Positions 27,101 to 41,576 of a stretch of 64,000 nucleotides of DNA are shown here, piece by piece. Under the pieces are notes generated by a model, which was not told where the DNA came from, did not search any database, and saw only the letters and a program-made list of their open reading frames with translations. This DNA comes from Catajapyx aquilonaris (Eukaryota). Both the position numbers and the translations under genes were made by a program. Numbering within the stretch: position 1 is the first letter of the stretch; the number at the start of each line of letters is the position of its first letter. The stretch covers positions 1-64,000 of the forward strand of contig JYFJ02000606.1 of NCBI GenBank assembly GCA_000934665.2. The letters are read 5' to 3'.

Positions 27101-30100
27101 GTCCAGCAGATTATGAAATGTTAATCACTCTGACCAAAGTTTTGCTACTTATAACTGTAGGTAACAAGCCATGACAATGAGTGTGTGTAATAAGTCACAC
27201 AGCTCCAAATCTGCTATTTTTGGGGGGATTCCATCGATAAGTCGCTCCAGGGGTATTAAATCCATCCCCTATTGAAATATGGAGGCCGAAGCATATTCAT
27301 TAGGCATATGTGCAGGTAGCAACATGAAGCCTTGATGCCTGAACTGATTAAAAAAGCAAACGCTGTAAAATGTACATGGATAGCAGGCTTTCAATTAGTA
27401 AAATACACAAAGCACTACCCCCCCCTCCCCCCTAACGCACTGTGTTGATCTGCTCAGCATCAAAAATGTAGGCCTCTTTTGGAATTATTCCGGATTAACT
27501 GGTGGAAGGCAACCCGGAAAATTCGGGGGTTGTGCCGCCGGTGGCGTCCTGAAATTTTGAAATAACCAATGGTCTGCAGTAATCTCATTGTAATGGTTCG
27601 TAACCGGAAAGCACGTGGTTAGTCTAGTCGCTTCGGGCCCGGATTTTAGACCGTGGTTAGAGAGTTCGATGTCCGGATCGGCTTAATTTTCTGGCGTCAT
27701 GCAAAAGGATTCTGTGCGTATTTTTGGTCGCGTTCCGGTCGAGCACGAGTTTTAATCAAAAATCAACATTATCAAAATGACTTCTCTGATGTTTTGAACC
27801 GCGACCTTGCCACTCTGGTTGGTGCAATGAACTCTCACATACCGAAATGGGATCGGTGCGTAATTACGTTGCAAATTGCGTAATTGGCAAACTATCCATC
27901 AATATGTACTGCAACAGCCATGATGTAATACACTGACCGTATTTAAAATGGTGTAGGACTAAAACTGTTCAAATATGGAATGATTTCTGAAATCAATTGA
28001 ATTGGCAAAAATGCATATGTTTGCAATATTGAAGGGTAATCGCTTCCCTAAGGTTCGTGACCGTCAGCACTCTGGCACAATCTGGCTCTAGTGCTGTGTG
28101 TATTTGGACAAAACATTTTTGGCTAACATATAATTCATGTACAAATTACCATTCTGCATTTGTAGTTTACCTGCAGGATGTAGGAAGCTGTGGGAAACGA
28201 CAACACGGACCAAAAATAGCAGGCAAGAGCTTATATACAGCTTTTCTCCCTCAGTCGCAGTCCAACTGAATAAATGACTAAAAATACGCTCACTAATTTC
28301 CCACTGAATTTGTATGACCTCCCCCATATTTAATTCGTAATTGAATTAGTGCCCTCTCTGCAGCCGGGGCAAAACAGATACGCCCGTATTACTGTGCGGT
28401 TCTCTGGCTTACAGAAACGTGAGCCCATACATTGCACTGTAACAGACCGCCCGCGATTATAGCCCCGGATGCAGAGCTAATCCTCGGAGTCATTTTTGCC
28501 CAGTAGTATGCACTGGATTGTTAAGCACACGGGCGTGGATATGGCAGAGGTTAACAATCGAGCCCCGACAGAATAATACGGTATAAAAAAAGAGAGCTTT
28601 TTCCAAAATCTCGAGTGCGAATCGTGACGGGAAAATTATAGGCCGTGCTGGGGTCGGCATGCCACTGCATTCCAGGCTCGAAACTTCCCCGGATGCCTCC
28701 GGGCTACATGCACAGTTCACACAAGTATATTTTTCTATGCGGAAAAAAAGGTGGAATTTTTGGGAGGGGGACAGGACAGGTTACTTGACGTGGAAGACAG
28801 GCCAGTAAAAGGTAAACAGTACGTTTCGTGGTGATATGTCCAAAGGGGCCAAAAAAAATTTGGTGGGTAACATGTGACAAGTCCAGCCCACCTCGTGTGT
28901 GCAAAACCGCTTTATTGTGATCTGATCGAACGTCCTGTCGCGCCCATGATCAAAGGGAATATTGCCGATAAAACTGTAAATAATTTTCTACCCCACTTTT
29001 TAGCGGGAGAGAGGATAGATTCAGGTCTACTTTCAATCCAGCTACTAAAATGTTGCAACATTGCAAATAGACATGGGTTATGCAGCTGAAACCTACTATT
29101 ATACACAGAAATCATCAACAATAACTGTGAACCTCAATGGAATTTCAGTAATAGATTAATTACCATATAATTAAAAATGCTTTATTGGAATGTTGACTGT
29201 AGCATGCGAGGTAATTAGGATTGGCAATTTTGCAAAGAAATTAATTACATTAGTTACTAAGTAGCCACAGCAAAAACTAGTTTGTTGTTAAAAGCAGCTT
29301 AACAGTGATGAAACTACGAAATTACTTTTTTATGCCAAAAATTTATCTTGTTTTCAAGTTAATATTAGCGAACGTTACGTAATTGAAATTTTGCTTTTGT
29401 ACTCGTCGCTTCATCAGAATTTTCTTGTTTTTGCATTCGCTGAGATTGTTTAAAGTTCAGAAAGTCACGAGAATATTATTAAATTAGGTTCTTCTTCAAG
29501 TTACTCGCCCATTAGGCCTATTGAAGTAATTGAGAGTAACAACATTTTTTTACCCAAGAAGAACTTGCATTGTTGGAGAGAGAAATTGTGCAAGTAAGGA
29601 TTAAATCTTGGATTAAATATTTTAAAATGATTTGCCTACTTTCTTTTGCGAGCCTCTGGCAGAGTAACAATTTTTAAATACTCTTATGGTCGTAATTCAT
29701 AAAAGCCCACGTTACAAAGGGAAGCAAAATTTCGCAGTTTTTTCTCTAAATTGATGAAACCTTCACACCAGGTTGACCTTACATTGTAATAACTATTTTA
29801 GCTAGTTTATTATTTATTATTTAGCCTAATAATTGCCACCTGTTACAAGAGACTCCACATTGCTTCAGTACCATGTAATTAAATCCTAAAACGAATCATT
29901 TCACGCAAAAATATTTTGCAAGAACCTCGCTTATTTGTATCAGTCTCCAGCAGTCAATCCGGACACGATTTGATTGAACACCTAATATCAAGCGCTGTTT
30001 CCCCAGAAAGGAACACTGCTCCTCTCGCCTAATGAACTAGGGAATGATACATCGATTACCCCCGCGTATAATTAATATGCGCTAAAGATTTTCCCCTCGC

Positions 30101-33100
30101 TTCCCTTCCTGCTGATTAAAAGCGTCAAAAGTTTTCGCCAACTTCCGGGGGGAAAGCATTTGGCGAAAAATTTTCTTGGCGTCTGAAGCTATTATACGGA
30201 CGCTTTTGGGAGTGAGGAAACCTGGATGGGTATATAGGGTGAGTTTGCATCGATTTATTTGTCCTGGTTGAATGGCGCGGAGGGTAGAGAGAGACACCTT
30301 TTGATGGAGCGGTCACGACGAGGCCTGTGGGAACTGTGGTGTCCGGATCCGTTAGGGTTTCCGGGCCAAAAGGTGAATAAAACGGCTAAATCTGAACCTG
30401 CTGTGGCGTGGACGTGTCGCAACATGAAAGCTGATCTGTCGCCGTTTGAACCAGGGTTCAATGAAATTACTCTTGAAAATTTTACCACTAGACGCGAAAC
30501 GAAGCGTTACACATGGAAAAAAAATCGAGCTCAAAATGGACTCGAAAAAGAGGGATTGAATGAAATTATTTAACTGCGACTTCATCCATCAGTCATCACA
30601 GGTTTTAGCGTGCATTCCTGTCCGACACACTGCGTTTATAAAGTTTTTTTTAAAATAAACTCTGCGGTTGAACACAACGTGAAAAAGTAACGTCATATGG
30701 CATGGAACATGTGCAAGTTTTTTCGGAGGAAAAAATTGTGTGGCAAAATTTATTGGCAACTTGCTGCTCAGATGTGAGTGCCTTGTGCAGTTAAAAACCA
30801 CTTCAATGACCTATCAAAAAATGAAGAGAAAGTCCCCAAAATATTTCAGTATTTCATATTTGATTTTTTTTTAAATTGCCAATTTTTGCCATCATTTTTT
30901 CACTGATTATTTCCATTATTTAACTTCATCCTATGGTTCAAAATTAAGGTTACCGTACACACATTTGCTTCCAAGCCGTCCATGTTTCCTCTCCTACACT
31001 CAGCATGCAAAATTATGTCTTCTCACAATGTGGTAGCCCTCAATTTGGACACAAGTTGGGCCAAAACGTAAGCAGACTGTCAAGAGCCGCAATTTAGCCG
31101 GATCCCGGGGCGGCCCATGGGTGAAAAGGGGCCGCCCTAAAACGTAATTTTGATGCTCTTAGTCTGCATTACCTCCCAAAATGGGAGGCGACTCTGAATT
31201 TAGCCCCGCACCAATTTAGGAGGAAGACTCTCTAGGAAAGGCTTCCAAAATGTCGGTCGGAGGACGACTCTTAAAGTGTTTTAAAGACCGTGCGTTCTCG
31301 CTGGCTCATTTAAATTACAACAGAGGTACACGCCTCTAATTGAGTTTAAAAAAAGATTTACTTAAACGACGCCTTGAGTCCCACAAGCTAATGTGGCAAT
31401 CCAGATTTGGCAACCCCGCGATGTTGCCAAACTTGCGTTTTAAACCCACATCATTGCCACCTCACAACCTTTTGGCCTGAAATTCAATGCGGATCAAGTG
31501 ACCCAGAAGGTAATTCATGCCTCCAGACTCTTGTAACCCTCGTCATGCGTGCGTTTTACACCAGCTCTGACCACCTACCAAACCTGGTGGCCCCTTTTCA
31601 AAAAAAAGGCAAAGTGGAAAAGCAAACCCATACCCGCAGACCATCAAGCTTGCAAAAAAAAAGAGAGCGAGAGCACCTATCGCCTGGTCCACGTGGGCCA
31701 TGCGATGGTCACACAAATCGGACCATTTCTCAAGCCCAAAGATAGGGGCTTGGACCGGGGAGGCTTATTCCCATGAGAGGAAAAGAGGTGCTTTTCCCCG
31801 GATGCTTGCAACCTGGTTCACTCGCGTGGCTTGTTATTACCTTGGTTACGATACGCTGCGGGAACTGCTCCCAGGGGCAATCCATTCCTCGACCTTTTGC
31901 AAGGGTTCTGGCCTCACAGTCAGATACACTTGGATTATTAAAAAGAGGCGGAAGAAAAAATATGTATGTGTCAGCTTGGAAAGATATTAATTCATGCATT
32001 TTTTGGGCTTTAGTTTACGCCCAATCCTTGCGCAATCAAGCGCATATGGGTTCTGTGACTTGTGTGCGATCGGGGACATACACCAACTGTCACGACGCCT
32101 CTTTACACGTGCACAACATGGCAACAGGACGTTAAATAAAGCAATGTGTCATTTAATATTCCATTACTCGCACTACACTGGCGCCTATTAGCCGGTACGC
32201 GCTGTTTTTCCCAATAGCGACAACATGTGATCAAAACGTATTACCTAATAGCGCGGGTTACACTGTGCGGTACATCCATGCAGGCCGGCCCTAAATGCAG
32301 TTGGGACATGTCCTTTTTTTCAGTGCTCTAATTGAGCTGCACGCGTCAGTTACATCGCTTCTTATTTAACAAACCATTTTAAGGTGTAATCAAATCGCAA
32401 TTGAAAAATTTCGTACAATACATAACCTGATCGACCTATATTAGCAGCTAACATTTTCGATATTTCTTGACACTGAGTTGTTATCATTCTGTTGTAATGT
32501 TTCTTTCTTATTTCATAACAGCTTAAATTTGAGAAAATTTAAGGTGTATTTTCTGTGTAAAAATGTGTAATTTTCGTTCAATTTTATCACCTTTTAATTC
32601 TTTGTTACAGAGTGTAGCAAAATGCCGAACACGACTCTGCTTCAATTTTCTGTTTTCTCCTCTTCTTTTTTTGGAACTGGATGAGTATAGAAATGAGGTG
32701 GTTTCCGGGGCGGTGCCCCAATTACCAGTAAAGCAACATGTACTAAATGTGGGGAGGGCTGGTCAGCATCTCCAGGGTTAATGAGCGTGCGGTGTTATTG
32801 GAATTAGAGGCGTTGATTGAATCAGCCCCTAGCCGAAGTTGGGGCGTAACGAATGAAGCAGAGAGTGCAAAGTTTTTAGAGCCATTTTCACAGCCTCTTC
32901 TCTATTTTTCAAAAAAAGTGACCCAGCAGTCAAGTGAGTCAAAAAAACAGAACTTTGGATGTCCCCCACCACTATTTTTGAGCCATCTGTTGGGTTGGGC
33001 CAGACTCCAAAATGTGTTGAGGGCAACAATTCTGGGCTGGCGAAAATGGGGTCGTCCCCCCTCCCTTGCATTAAATATCGATTATCGAGTGGACAAGTGC

Positions 33101-36100
33101 GCAATAAAGTAAGTGTAGTGGTCATTAGGCTGAGCCGGTATTATTCAGGCAAAGTTTGCGGTCGGGAGCTGTTTCTAGGTGAGAGGATACGGCCCGCTCG
33201 TTATGAAATGTTTACGGTCCAAGACAGCAGCGGTTAGTGTCGCGGAGGGTTAGTTCGAGCCCTTCCGATTTTGCAACAATGGCAGGACGTTACTAGCTAG
33301 GATTAGTATCACAAAGTGTTATGCGCGAAACCTTCCCTAGAGAAAAGCACATAATATTGAATGTGGATCATCCCGGCTCGGAAGCAATAAAATTAGCACT
33401 GCTTAGCACCAAGAATTTCGCGAGTTAGTTTCACCCCTCCCTCCCCCCCAACCTGAATATTTAATCCGACGGGGAGGGGTCATACGACGTGACGTGCTAA
33501 TTAGTTTAATAAATAATTTTACGAGCCCACCGCCGGGGGCTTTATCAGTGATGCATTGTCACGATTAATCCGAGTCGCAGTTGTGTGTTATATGCGGTTA
33601 GGGTCTGCTGGTAAAATATGTGCAGACCATAAATCGGAAGGAATGTCGCAACCCGTTAGGGTGAACCGCATTCCCGCATTTTTTTTACCCTTTTTGCAAA
33701 CCCTTCCCTAGGATTAATCGGTCAACCCCTTTCGCGTGGTGTCCGCAAAATATCTTCGCAGTTGATTATGCTCTGCTGTGGTTAGCCCACCCGAGGCAGG
33801 ATTTGGGCTATTATTAACGAGTATCCTCAGGTATAGAGTCAAAATGTCAGCCGGATTTGGCCAGTAGAACAGGCGTTAAATGTAGTGGACTGAAGGTGTA
33901 CTGTACAACGTCTACTTTTTGACAGCAAAGTGCAGAAAGGCGAGATAAATAACATGTGCAATCAGGCCGTTTTTTTCCCCTCTCCAGCTATAGTGCTGCA
34001 GTGTGTAATAAAGAATGCAAATACCACTAATGCGGCAACACTAATAATTTAAATCCATATTAATATGCATGGCCTTATTCCGTCGGTGCAGAGACCTCCA
34101 GCTTTTCGTTTAATACTCTTAGGCAACCTCCAACTCTTGATTAATGACCATGAGTGAATCGGACGGCTTTTTGCCCGCAAAAAATGTGGTTTTGTGAGGC
34201 CATGGCGTGGTCTGTTCAGGATGGAGGTCCAAAAATTAGGGTGGGCCATACCTTCTCTTATAATATTAATTTCTCTGAGAGTCCGGATCTCAATAAATTA
34301 CTCCAAACATAACAATGGATGATGTACCCAAACATTTCGACAACTAAATAAAAGAAATAATTAATTTTGAATAGCTGCTATTACTCTTAGTCAAAAATCA
34401 CCGTTACGTCGTACGCAGTTCCAGTCATATTTTTAAAAATGTCTTCAGGCTGGGTAATTAATGACGGCGACACTCCGCACCAAATTCTTCTTTTCTTTGG
34501 TGGAATACAATTAGTCCGGAATGTGGCTGACATCGTTTGCAAAACTAATGAGAAGGCTCGAATCAATACTTGTCCAGATGGGTTTCTTTTCCATGCCAAA
34601 AAACTTCTTTTTTTAGCATAACTTTTTTTTTGCAGGCCGTACCACAGACGAGGAATCAATTACCGTTTGATGATCTATGGGGGCGTAATATACGAGCAGT
34701 AAAATTTGGACCATTAACGCCCCCCACCGATACTCGTATCGGCTAATCACACCCAGGTTATAAATATGCACATTCTTAAAGGGCAGGGACACGCAAAATC
34801 ACTTTTGGGATACCCGTATTTTGACTCCGGCAAAAAGTGTCATCTATGTAGGCCAGGTTCAGACGAAATTTGCGTACATTATGCTTGCAGTGATGTGTAC
34901 GTGAGATGTGGGTTAATCATCAGGTCTCTGGAGAGGGGAAATGGTCCAGCATGACTTTTATGTCAAAAAAAGAGGTGGATGGGCTCCCGGTTTTTGACAC
35001 TGCGGGGTTAAAGTGCATAAAAGTGTTTGCTTGATAAATATTCAGCGAAAATCCGAGATTGGGGAATTCACGCTCGGAATGTTTAGCAAACAGGGATCAC
35101 TGCCGCAAAAGTTTTACTTCTGATGAACGGATGGCGAATCCGACCTATTTTGCAAAAAAAAAAATCCAGGGTTAGCTTTATAAATATGCAATAGTGTTTT
35201 TCTCGCTTCATGCTGCTGCCATACCCTCTCTCCTCTTGTCTGAACCAATTTAATGGGCTTTTGTCCACGCAAGCACGGACACAATGGCTCATCTCGCCGC
35301 TCTGCTCACACACAGACACTTTACTAACGAGCTCATCCAACGCCCGCCAAAAAGACTGTCAATTCAATTATGACGTGTATTTGCAATTGTTTATAGGCCA
35401 GTGCAGCGGCGCACTTGACAAGCCCGGCAGTGACGTTGGTGACCAAACATAGTGCCGTGTCCAAAAAATCCGATGAAATATTAGTTGGTAGTCAACGTGT
35501 ATCCGTCCGCCTTGGCTGCATTGACTGATGAGTTAACATGAATCAAAAGGTAGGGGGCGGATGTTATTGAGTGATTGTTGCGTCGAAAAAGGTGGGGACC
35601 GAATTTATCAGGCTTTTGTTGTGTTGTGTGGAAGCGTCAAATAATAACAAATGTCACGTATGTGTGCATGATATGGGAGGAGAACAACTGTGTATGGATT
35701 GGTCAAAGCTATGTTTGTTGTAGCTTTGTGGTTGGCATGTCCAGCAGTGCTACTGATTTTTCTGCATCACTATTAATCGGTTATTTAATTGGCCGAGAAT
35801 TGTGCAGAAAAGCCATAAAAGCGAGCATTGTGGGCGATCTAGCCTGCGCAAGTAAAATATTGCTAATATCTCCTTTGAATATGACATTAAGTTGAAGCCT
35901 GTCAGTCAGTAAAGACCCACTTGACCGCTGGAGATATATCCTGGAGAGAAAAAGCGTCATCCAAAATGCGGGGGACTCGGGAGTGCATAAGCGGCTTAAA
36001 ATCCATCACAAAGCTTGTCGAAGGCGGAAAGTTCTAACCACTCGGCATCGAACTAATCTCTTTTGGAAATGAGGCCCGCTAATTTTGCTATGAAGAGTTG

Positions 36101-38189
36101 CTTTTTTGAAGAAAAAATATATATATATACGTATTTCACCTAAAATCCTTGTGACCGCAGGCTTCCTGGTCTTGTAATGCACTACGTTGTTTTGGGAGTT
36201 GGAGAGAGGAATAAAGTGGAAAAAAAAAGATCTCTTACATTATTTTTGTATATGGTATGAAACTTTTTGACGCATGAGTGAGCTTGACGCATGGTGATTC
36301 ATGGAGTATGCATATTTCTTTTGTATGATCATGATATTTGCTTATATTTCACGCAATGTACAAATATCCAGCGTTATTACACAGCAGTTATAATACTTCA
36401 AGTGAAGCATGCCCACCTTCAACATGTCATCTCCATTACAGCCATGCGAAATTGAGCCAAATTGAAGTTCCACTTTCTTCTGTCCGTATAATCAGAAGGC
36501 TAGAAAAATTTATGCCCTTTCTGTAAATAATAAATGAGGAACTCCGGCAAAAACCATTTTCCTGCCCTTGATTCCCCCTTTCTGAATATAGATTGGGCTT
36601 TGATTCAGACTCCCCTCTGGTATTAATTATTCCAAGATTTTGCTCCCCCCCTCCCACTAGACTTAACCCACTTGTGCAGTAATCCATTCAACCAGTCCCA
36701 GCAAAGTTATGCAACCACGACCAACGACTCTTTTCCCCGTTTTCAGACTTTGGCCTTATAAACCCCCCCTTTGATACAGTGTCGTGGTCATTGAGAAACG
36801 GCCCCATAGGTTTTTCAATTGCTCGCATGTTGGCCTCGAATTCCTCATTCGGTATGCATCCACAATAGCTTCTTAATAATGCAAGGAGGGGCTTTAGGAG
36901 GCCAGCGTGGCGTTCTCTCCATTAAGCCATCTCCAATGAAGTTTCCAAGTCCTTTTTAATCCCCAGGCAAGGGAGTAACTTAATACCCATCCGATACTTT
37001 CCAGTTGCTAAGACACAAATTTTTCATTACATTTTTTTGCCCCCTGTTGTGAAGCTGAGTTTGCAAAGTAACGATTTATTCCTAAGTGTGATAATTGTTG
37101 TTCAGAAAAAATTGCTCGTGTAAGATTTTTTAGCAAATATTTAAGATTTTTAATAACAAATTGCTGCTGTTGGAGACACTCGGAGCAACAACTTTTCAGT
37201 ATCAGTGACAAAATCGCTGCAGGTTTTTAAGCACACTACTAGAAGAAAAGGGGCAGACTGAATATTTCAAAGAATAGGAGTAATTGCGGCACGGAATTTC
37301 CGTTAGTGTTGATATCAAATGGGAGGAGCTTCGACATGAACCAGCATTAAAGTGAGATATGGAAATCTCATAAGTAAGGTTCGGAAAAAACTTTTCGGTA
37401 TTGCCTGCTGCTCCACTTAAGGTCGGATTAAGACCTTTTCAGTACCAGGGGAGTGGGCTTGCCTGAAAAATGTCAGCAAATGACCGGAACAGGGCCGGGT
37501 TATCGACAGGCCCGATTTCGAGGAAAAGGTGTCGGTTACAAAAGGCTAGTGACGTAATGAGGGAGGTGCCGCCACTCAGATTAAAGCCCAGATATTGCTC
37601 ACCCGAATGGAACAAAACGCTTCTTTTTTTGAACGGCTCACTGGAAATCAATCGGAATCTAGATGTGTGGGTCATTAACCCGGACATCACGCAGAAACTG
37701 ATCACGTATGTGTACGATACACGCATACTTTTGGAGCAAAAGCGAGGGAGGGCAAATATATGTTTAATTGAGCGTTTAGATGAATTCTGATTGTTCAGAT
37801 ATTGGATAGAGCCGATCGGTGTTGACAGTTACTCCCTGCCTATAAACAATGGAGAGTTTAGCTAAATTTCAGGAGATGGTGCGTGATGTTAAAATTTTAG
37901 TAACAGCAGCTGCTTTGCCTATCAGCCTCCGGCAAATAATGCTCGTGGCGTGTTGGCATTTTTGTTTAAAAAAAAACCGCAGCACAAATACTAACGTTGC
38001 GCTGCATGTGCCTCGACATAACTGCTCTCTTGATCCTTAATGAGACCACGCATTTGCTTGATTTTGATCACTCGGCAGTTTTTGCGGGAAAACAATTATA
38101 CACTGTTGCAAGGCATATTATGTCTAACGTTCCAGATAGGCATGCATGAAAGCATTAATTAAGTCTGAACAATAAGTATATGCGACGGC

Positions 38190-38575
38190 GCCATTATTTA
38201 TCACTCCCGATGATAATCTGCAGCTAGGTAGGTAGGGGGGAGCCCATGCATGCACTAAACCGCCATTAAAAACCGTTAAAAGAATTGGTCACATGTAGCA
38301 CACCCAGTAGATATGGCCGTCATTAAAAGCATGATTAGTTAAACCTGCCATTTTGAAACGGGAAATAGTAATTTTGAAAGCACGTGTTTAGAAACATTGG
38401 TCCTTTTGAGCTAGGCCTAGCTTGTAACCGCCATTTTGAAGTAGACACATATCGGCCATTTTGAGGAGAAAACACAGGGAGTAGGGACATCGTCCGGTTT
38501 GAATAAGACACAGGGAGTAGGCATGGCGGCCATTTTTGACAAAAAAAACGAAAAGATGTGTGTGTGTGTCTCTCT
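38190..38575. promoter_or_regulatory. Cluster of GCCAT(TTT) YY1/Pho-type motifs with adjacent (TG)n and (TC)n; function unproven
   Basis: GCCAT at 38190, 38262, 38347, 38430, 38455 and 38529; ATGGC at 38313 and 38523. Direct repeat ACACAGGGAGTAGG occurs twice. Palindrome AGCTAGGCCTAGCT at 38409-38422. Confidence 0.35.
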
Positions 38576-38578
38576 TAC

Positions 38579-38814
38579 CGTTTTATCGTGCAGCATTCCG
38601 ACCTTGCAGTTGAGGTGGACCGAATCCCCGACGTGCACTGTGGTGAGAGTGGCGTTAATTTCGTCCTCAAAGTAAGGACCCGAACCGTGGTCATGGTGGT
38701 CGTGTTTGAAGACCGCCCCTCGGCCCACGTGGTTGGGTCCCCCGCCCGATGGTCCCACGGAGGGAGAAGACTCGTCCAGTGATGGACTGGCCCAGCGCCG
38801 GTCACGAAGACTCT
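38579..38814 (-). CDS. dpr: Dpr-family Ig protein, coding exon 2 (N-terminal linker and start of Ig1: (E)SLRDRRWASP...HDHHDHGSGPYFEDEINATLTTVHVGDSVHLNCKVGMLHDKT)
   Basis: Lies within ORF 38417..38905. Has the Dpr-like P-Y-F...V-G-x-S-V-x-L-x-C-K-V-x-x-L-x-D-K-T pattern. Donor ACG|GTAAGA at 38579/38578 is phase 0 and well defined. Acceptor gtcgtttcag| at 38815/38814 is phase 1 and is the best candidate, so the 5' boundary is less certain than the 3' boundary. Confidence 0.9.
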
Positions 38815-41576
38815 CTGAAACGACACGATGATGGTTGGGTTGTGCATTCAGTTTTATCTCTAACCAGACCTGCTTTTTCACTTCTCTGTTGTTTGTTTTT
38901 TTCACCCTTGACGTCCTGCCACATGCGGCAGGTACGGTACGTCACTGCGAAAACGATTTTCGCCTCGCATGTCGCACCCTGGTTCCTGAGCTGGCTAAAA
39001 TTACATGTAAAAGGCCTTTGCTTGGATTAGCATCTGGCAGTGTAGAGACACGGAACTCGATATATTTTGCGGCTCATCCGTCGTGGATCGGTGCGTGCCT
39101 TGGTCTGTCACTTGGTGACTTGGACAAGGGAAAAAGGGGGCCGGACATTTTGTGTGTCAGTTCATGCTAAAATTGGCACAATACCAGTACCCAGAATTTA
39201 TAACTGAATTTTAAGCATCAGAAGGTGGAAAAATATTCACAGTAAGTTGGTTCATTTTTCAAAGGCAGGCTCTAATTTGCGGAAGACCTCCCGTGTCGTC
39301 CTGGATGATCTGTGCTGGCAGGGAAACGGGATCGAAAATGTCGCCGTGCATTATCGGTCCTCCGTCTGCTCTATATGCAATGCCCTACCCCCGTCCCCAA
39401 GTTTGCAAGAAGCAAAGTCGGAGGAAATGGAACCGGGTTTGCAGGCTACACCCAGCCAGCCAGCCAGCCATATACATATACACAGCTCTCCTCTCAAAGC
39501 ATGCACTTCAACGCTCTTTGTTCTGTACCCACTGACAATGAAACGTACTTTGCTCCTGCGTGTATGCCCTAATGTTGATGTTGTGTGGGGTCTCCCTGGC
39601 ACAAGCTAGTCAACTTAATGAAATACGCGGCAAGGAAAGGAGGGAGGGGAGCTTCACGATGCCAAGGAGAGATTCTGGGAGGGTGGGAACATGTACCTAT
39701 TAGGCGAGCAGACATTATCTCGTCATCAGCCGGGACCCCATTGTTAAACCGCTGATTTGAAACCCAGATTACGTCAGTAAAGAGTCAGATAGGAAGAAAA
39801 AGAAGACCAATATTTTTTTAGTTCGACGCGCACACACAATCGTTACTAGAGGATGTCCCAGAAACTTGACTAAATTTGCACTCAAGTCGAGGGCTAATTA
39901 GGCTGGTTCAAATTTAATTTCCGTGCCACCACAAGTTGGATGGTGACTGTTGATATTGTTGCCGCCTCCCTCATACTCTTGACCATATACTTTGGAGTGG
40001 GATTGTCTTGCAGTTTAATTAGATCCTCTCCTATAGAAAAATCCATCGACTTGCACAGGGGTGAGTCTAAATGGCGAACTGTGGTAGTAGGTCATTCTGC
40101 TTGGTTGTGACTGGAAAATAGGTCGTCGAGGAGTCGCTGCGGCGAAATTATCGAAGTAATGAAGTGGAAAATTTTCGACTCCGGTGAATGCTTTTCTTCT
40201 GGATTTGAAGAAACGGGCGGAGAGGAGGGGGGGGGGGGAGCGAGGGGGGACATTCTGATTAAATTCTTCATGAAGTAATAAGTCATTCCTGCTGTTCGTG
40301 AAAGGACTCGGTCTAGGATTGATTTCTTCATGGACCAACGTGGTTTCTGGTTAAGATTGTGGCCTAACAACATTAGATTTAGTGATGAATATTAAATTGA
40401 GTCGCAATTGTAAGGTGCAACATGTCGTAAGCTGGCATATTCGATTTTTTCTGAATCGAGGTAATTAACAAGGAAAAAGAGAATAATTAGCACTGACATA
40501 AAGTGATCTTTAACCATATAGGTTCGTCATAGAATTTATTATGAATCAATATGCTATTAATGGTTCTACTTTTTGTGGATATACTTGCTTGAAATAAGTT
40601 GCTGTTTACTTTCATTTCCGGAGCCCAAAAGTGCCCAAAAACTACTTTTTCCGCGTTAAACTTTTCGCACATTTTAACACCCTGCAGAAGTGTAGTTGCT
40701 CTAGAGATGATATTACACATTTTTCCATTAATTTTAAATTTCAGGAAGTGGTTTCATGTCCGTTGTAAGCACTAATAATGAATCACGTTGTAATTTTAGA
40801 CCATTCCCTTACTACTTGAAAGTTAACAATGCATTTTTAACAAAAATTAAAAATGTATTAAACAAATGAGCTAGGTGCTGTTGAGATTTGTTCACACAGG
40901 TGATGATTGTTACCTCCCATTTTGTGAGCTAATTTTTCTTGGATTCTCGGATTAAAATCAAACCAAATCGATTGAACATTTACACAAAATAATACATCTG
41001 ATGTCTTCCTGACATGTGATTGTGGTCTCGCAGTTTAGGAAACACCCTGTACTCTTCACACCCACCCACAGCAGCCAAAACGTGCGGCCAAATCGATCCC
41101 TCGAATCAGCGCGTTGCACTTAACTGCATCGCGTAAAGCAGATTGGCAAGATGAATGAGTATTGGAGTTGCAGCTCCAGGATAGTCTCTTTTGCCTCAGT
41201 CTCAGACCAAGATCAGTTTCGAAATCGATGGTTTGGGGCTGTGGAAGTGGGGGTGTGGGGATGATTTCCAGCAGCCCTCCAGACCCATATAAGGTAAGAG
41301 AGAAAAGGGGAAGGCAGACTATGAGCGATTACCATGAAGCGGGCAGCACGGGCAATTTCCCGTTAGTCGACGCGACTATAAATCACATAACGGCAGCATT
41401 ACAGCTGAGGAGACGATTAAAAGAAGCGGCGGGGGGAAAAGCCGGCTGTAATTTCCACGTCACATATTTTGATGGCTCCTGTTTGTTCAGGTCATCTTCT
41501 CCACACTCCGGCGCAGAACGATAGAAATAAATAGGAAAATAAATTCGGTGCTGTATTTAAAAAAAACGTTTTTATA

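Noticed and set aside
33215..33268. GCAGCGGTTAG...GTTCGAGCCC tRNA-like boxes
   Set aside because: Too little room for an anticodon arm and no acceptor stem.
38815..38905. 5' extension of ORF 38417..38905 as the true N-terminus
   Set aside because: It starts at GTG and has no signal peptide. A good acceptor at 38815 and an in-phase signal exon at 50.6 kb explain the data better.
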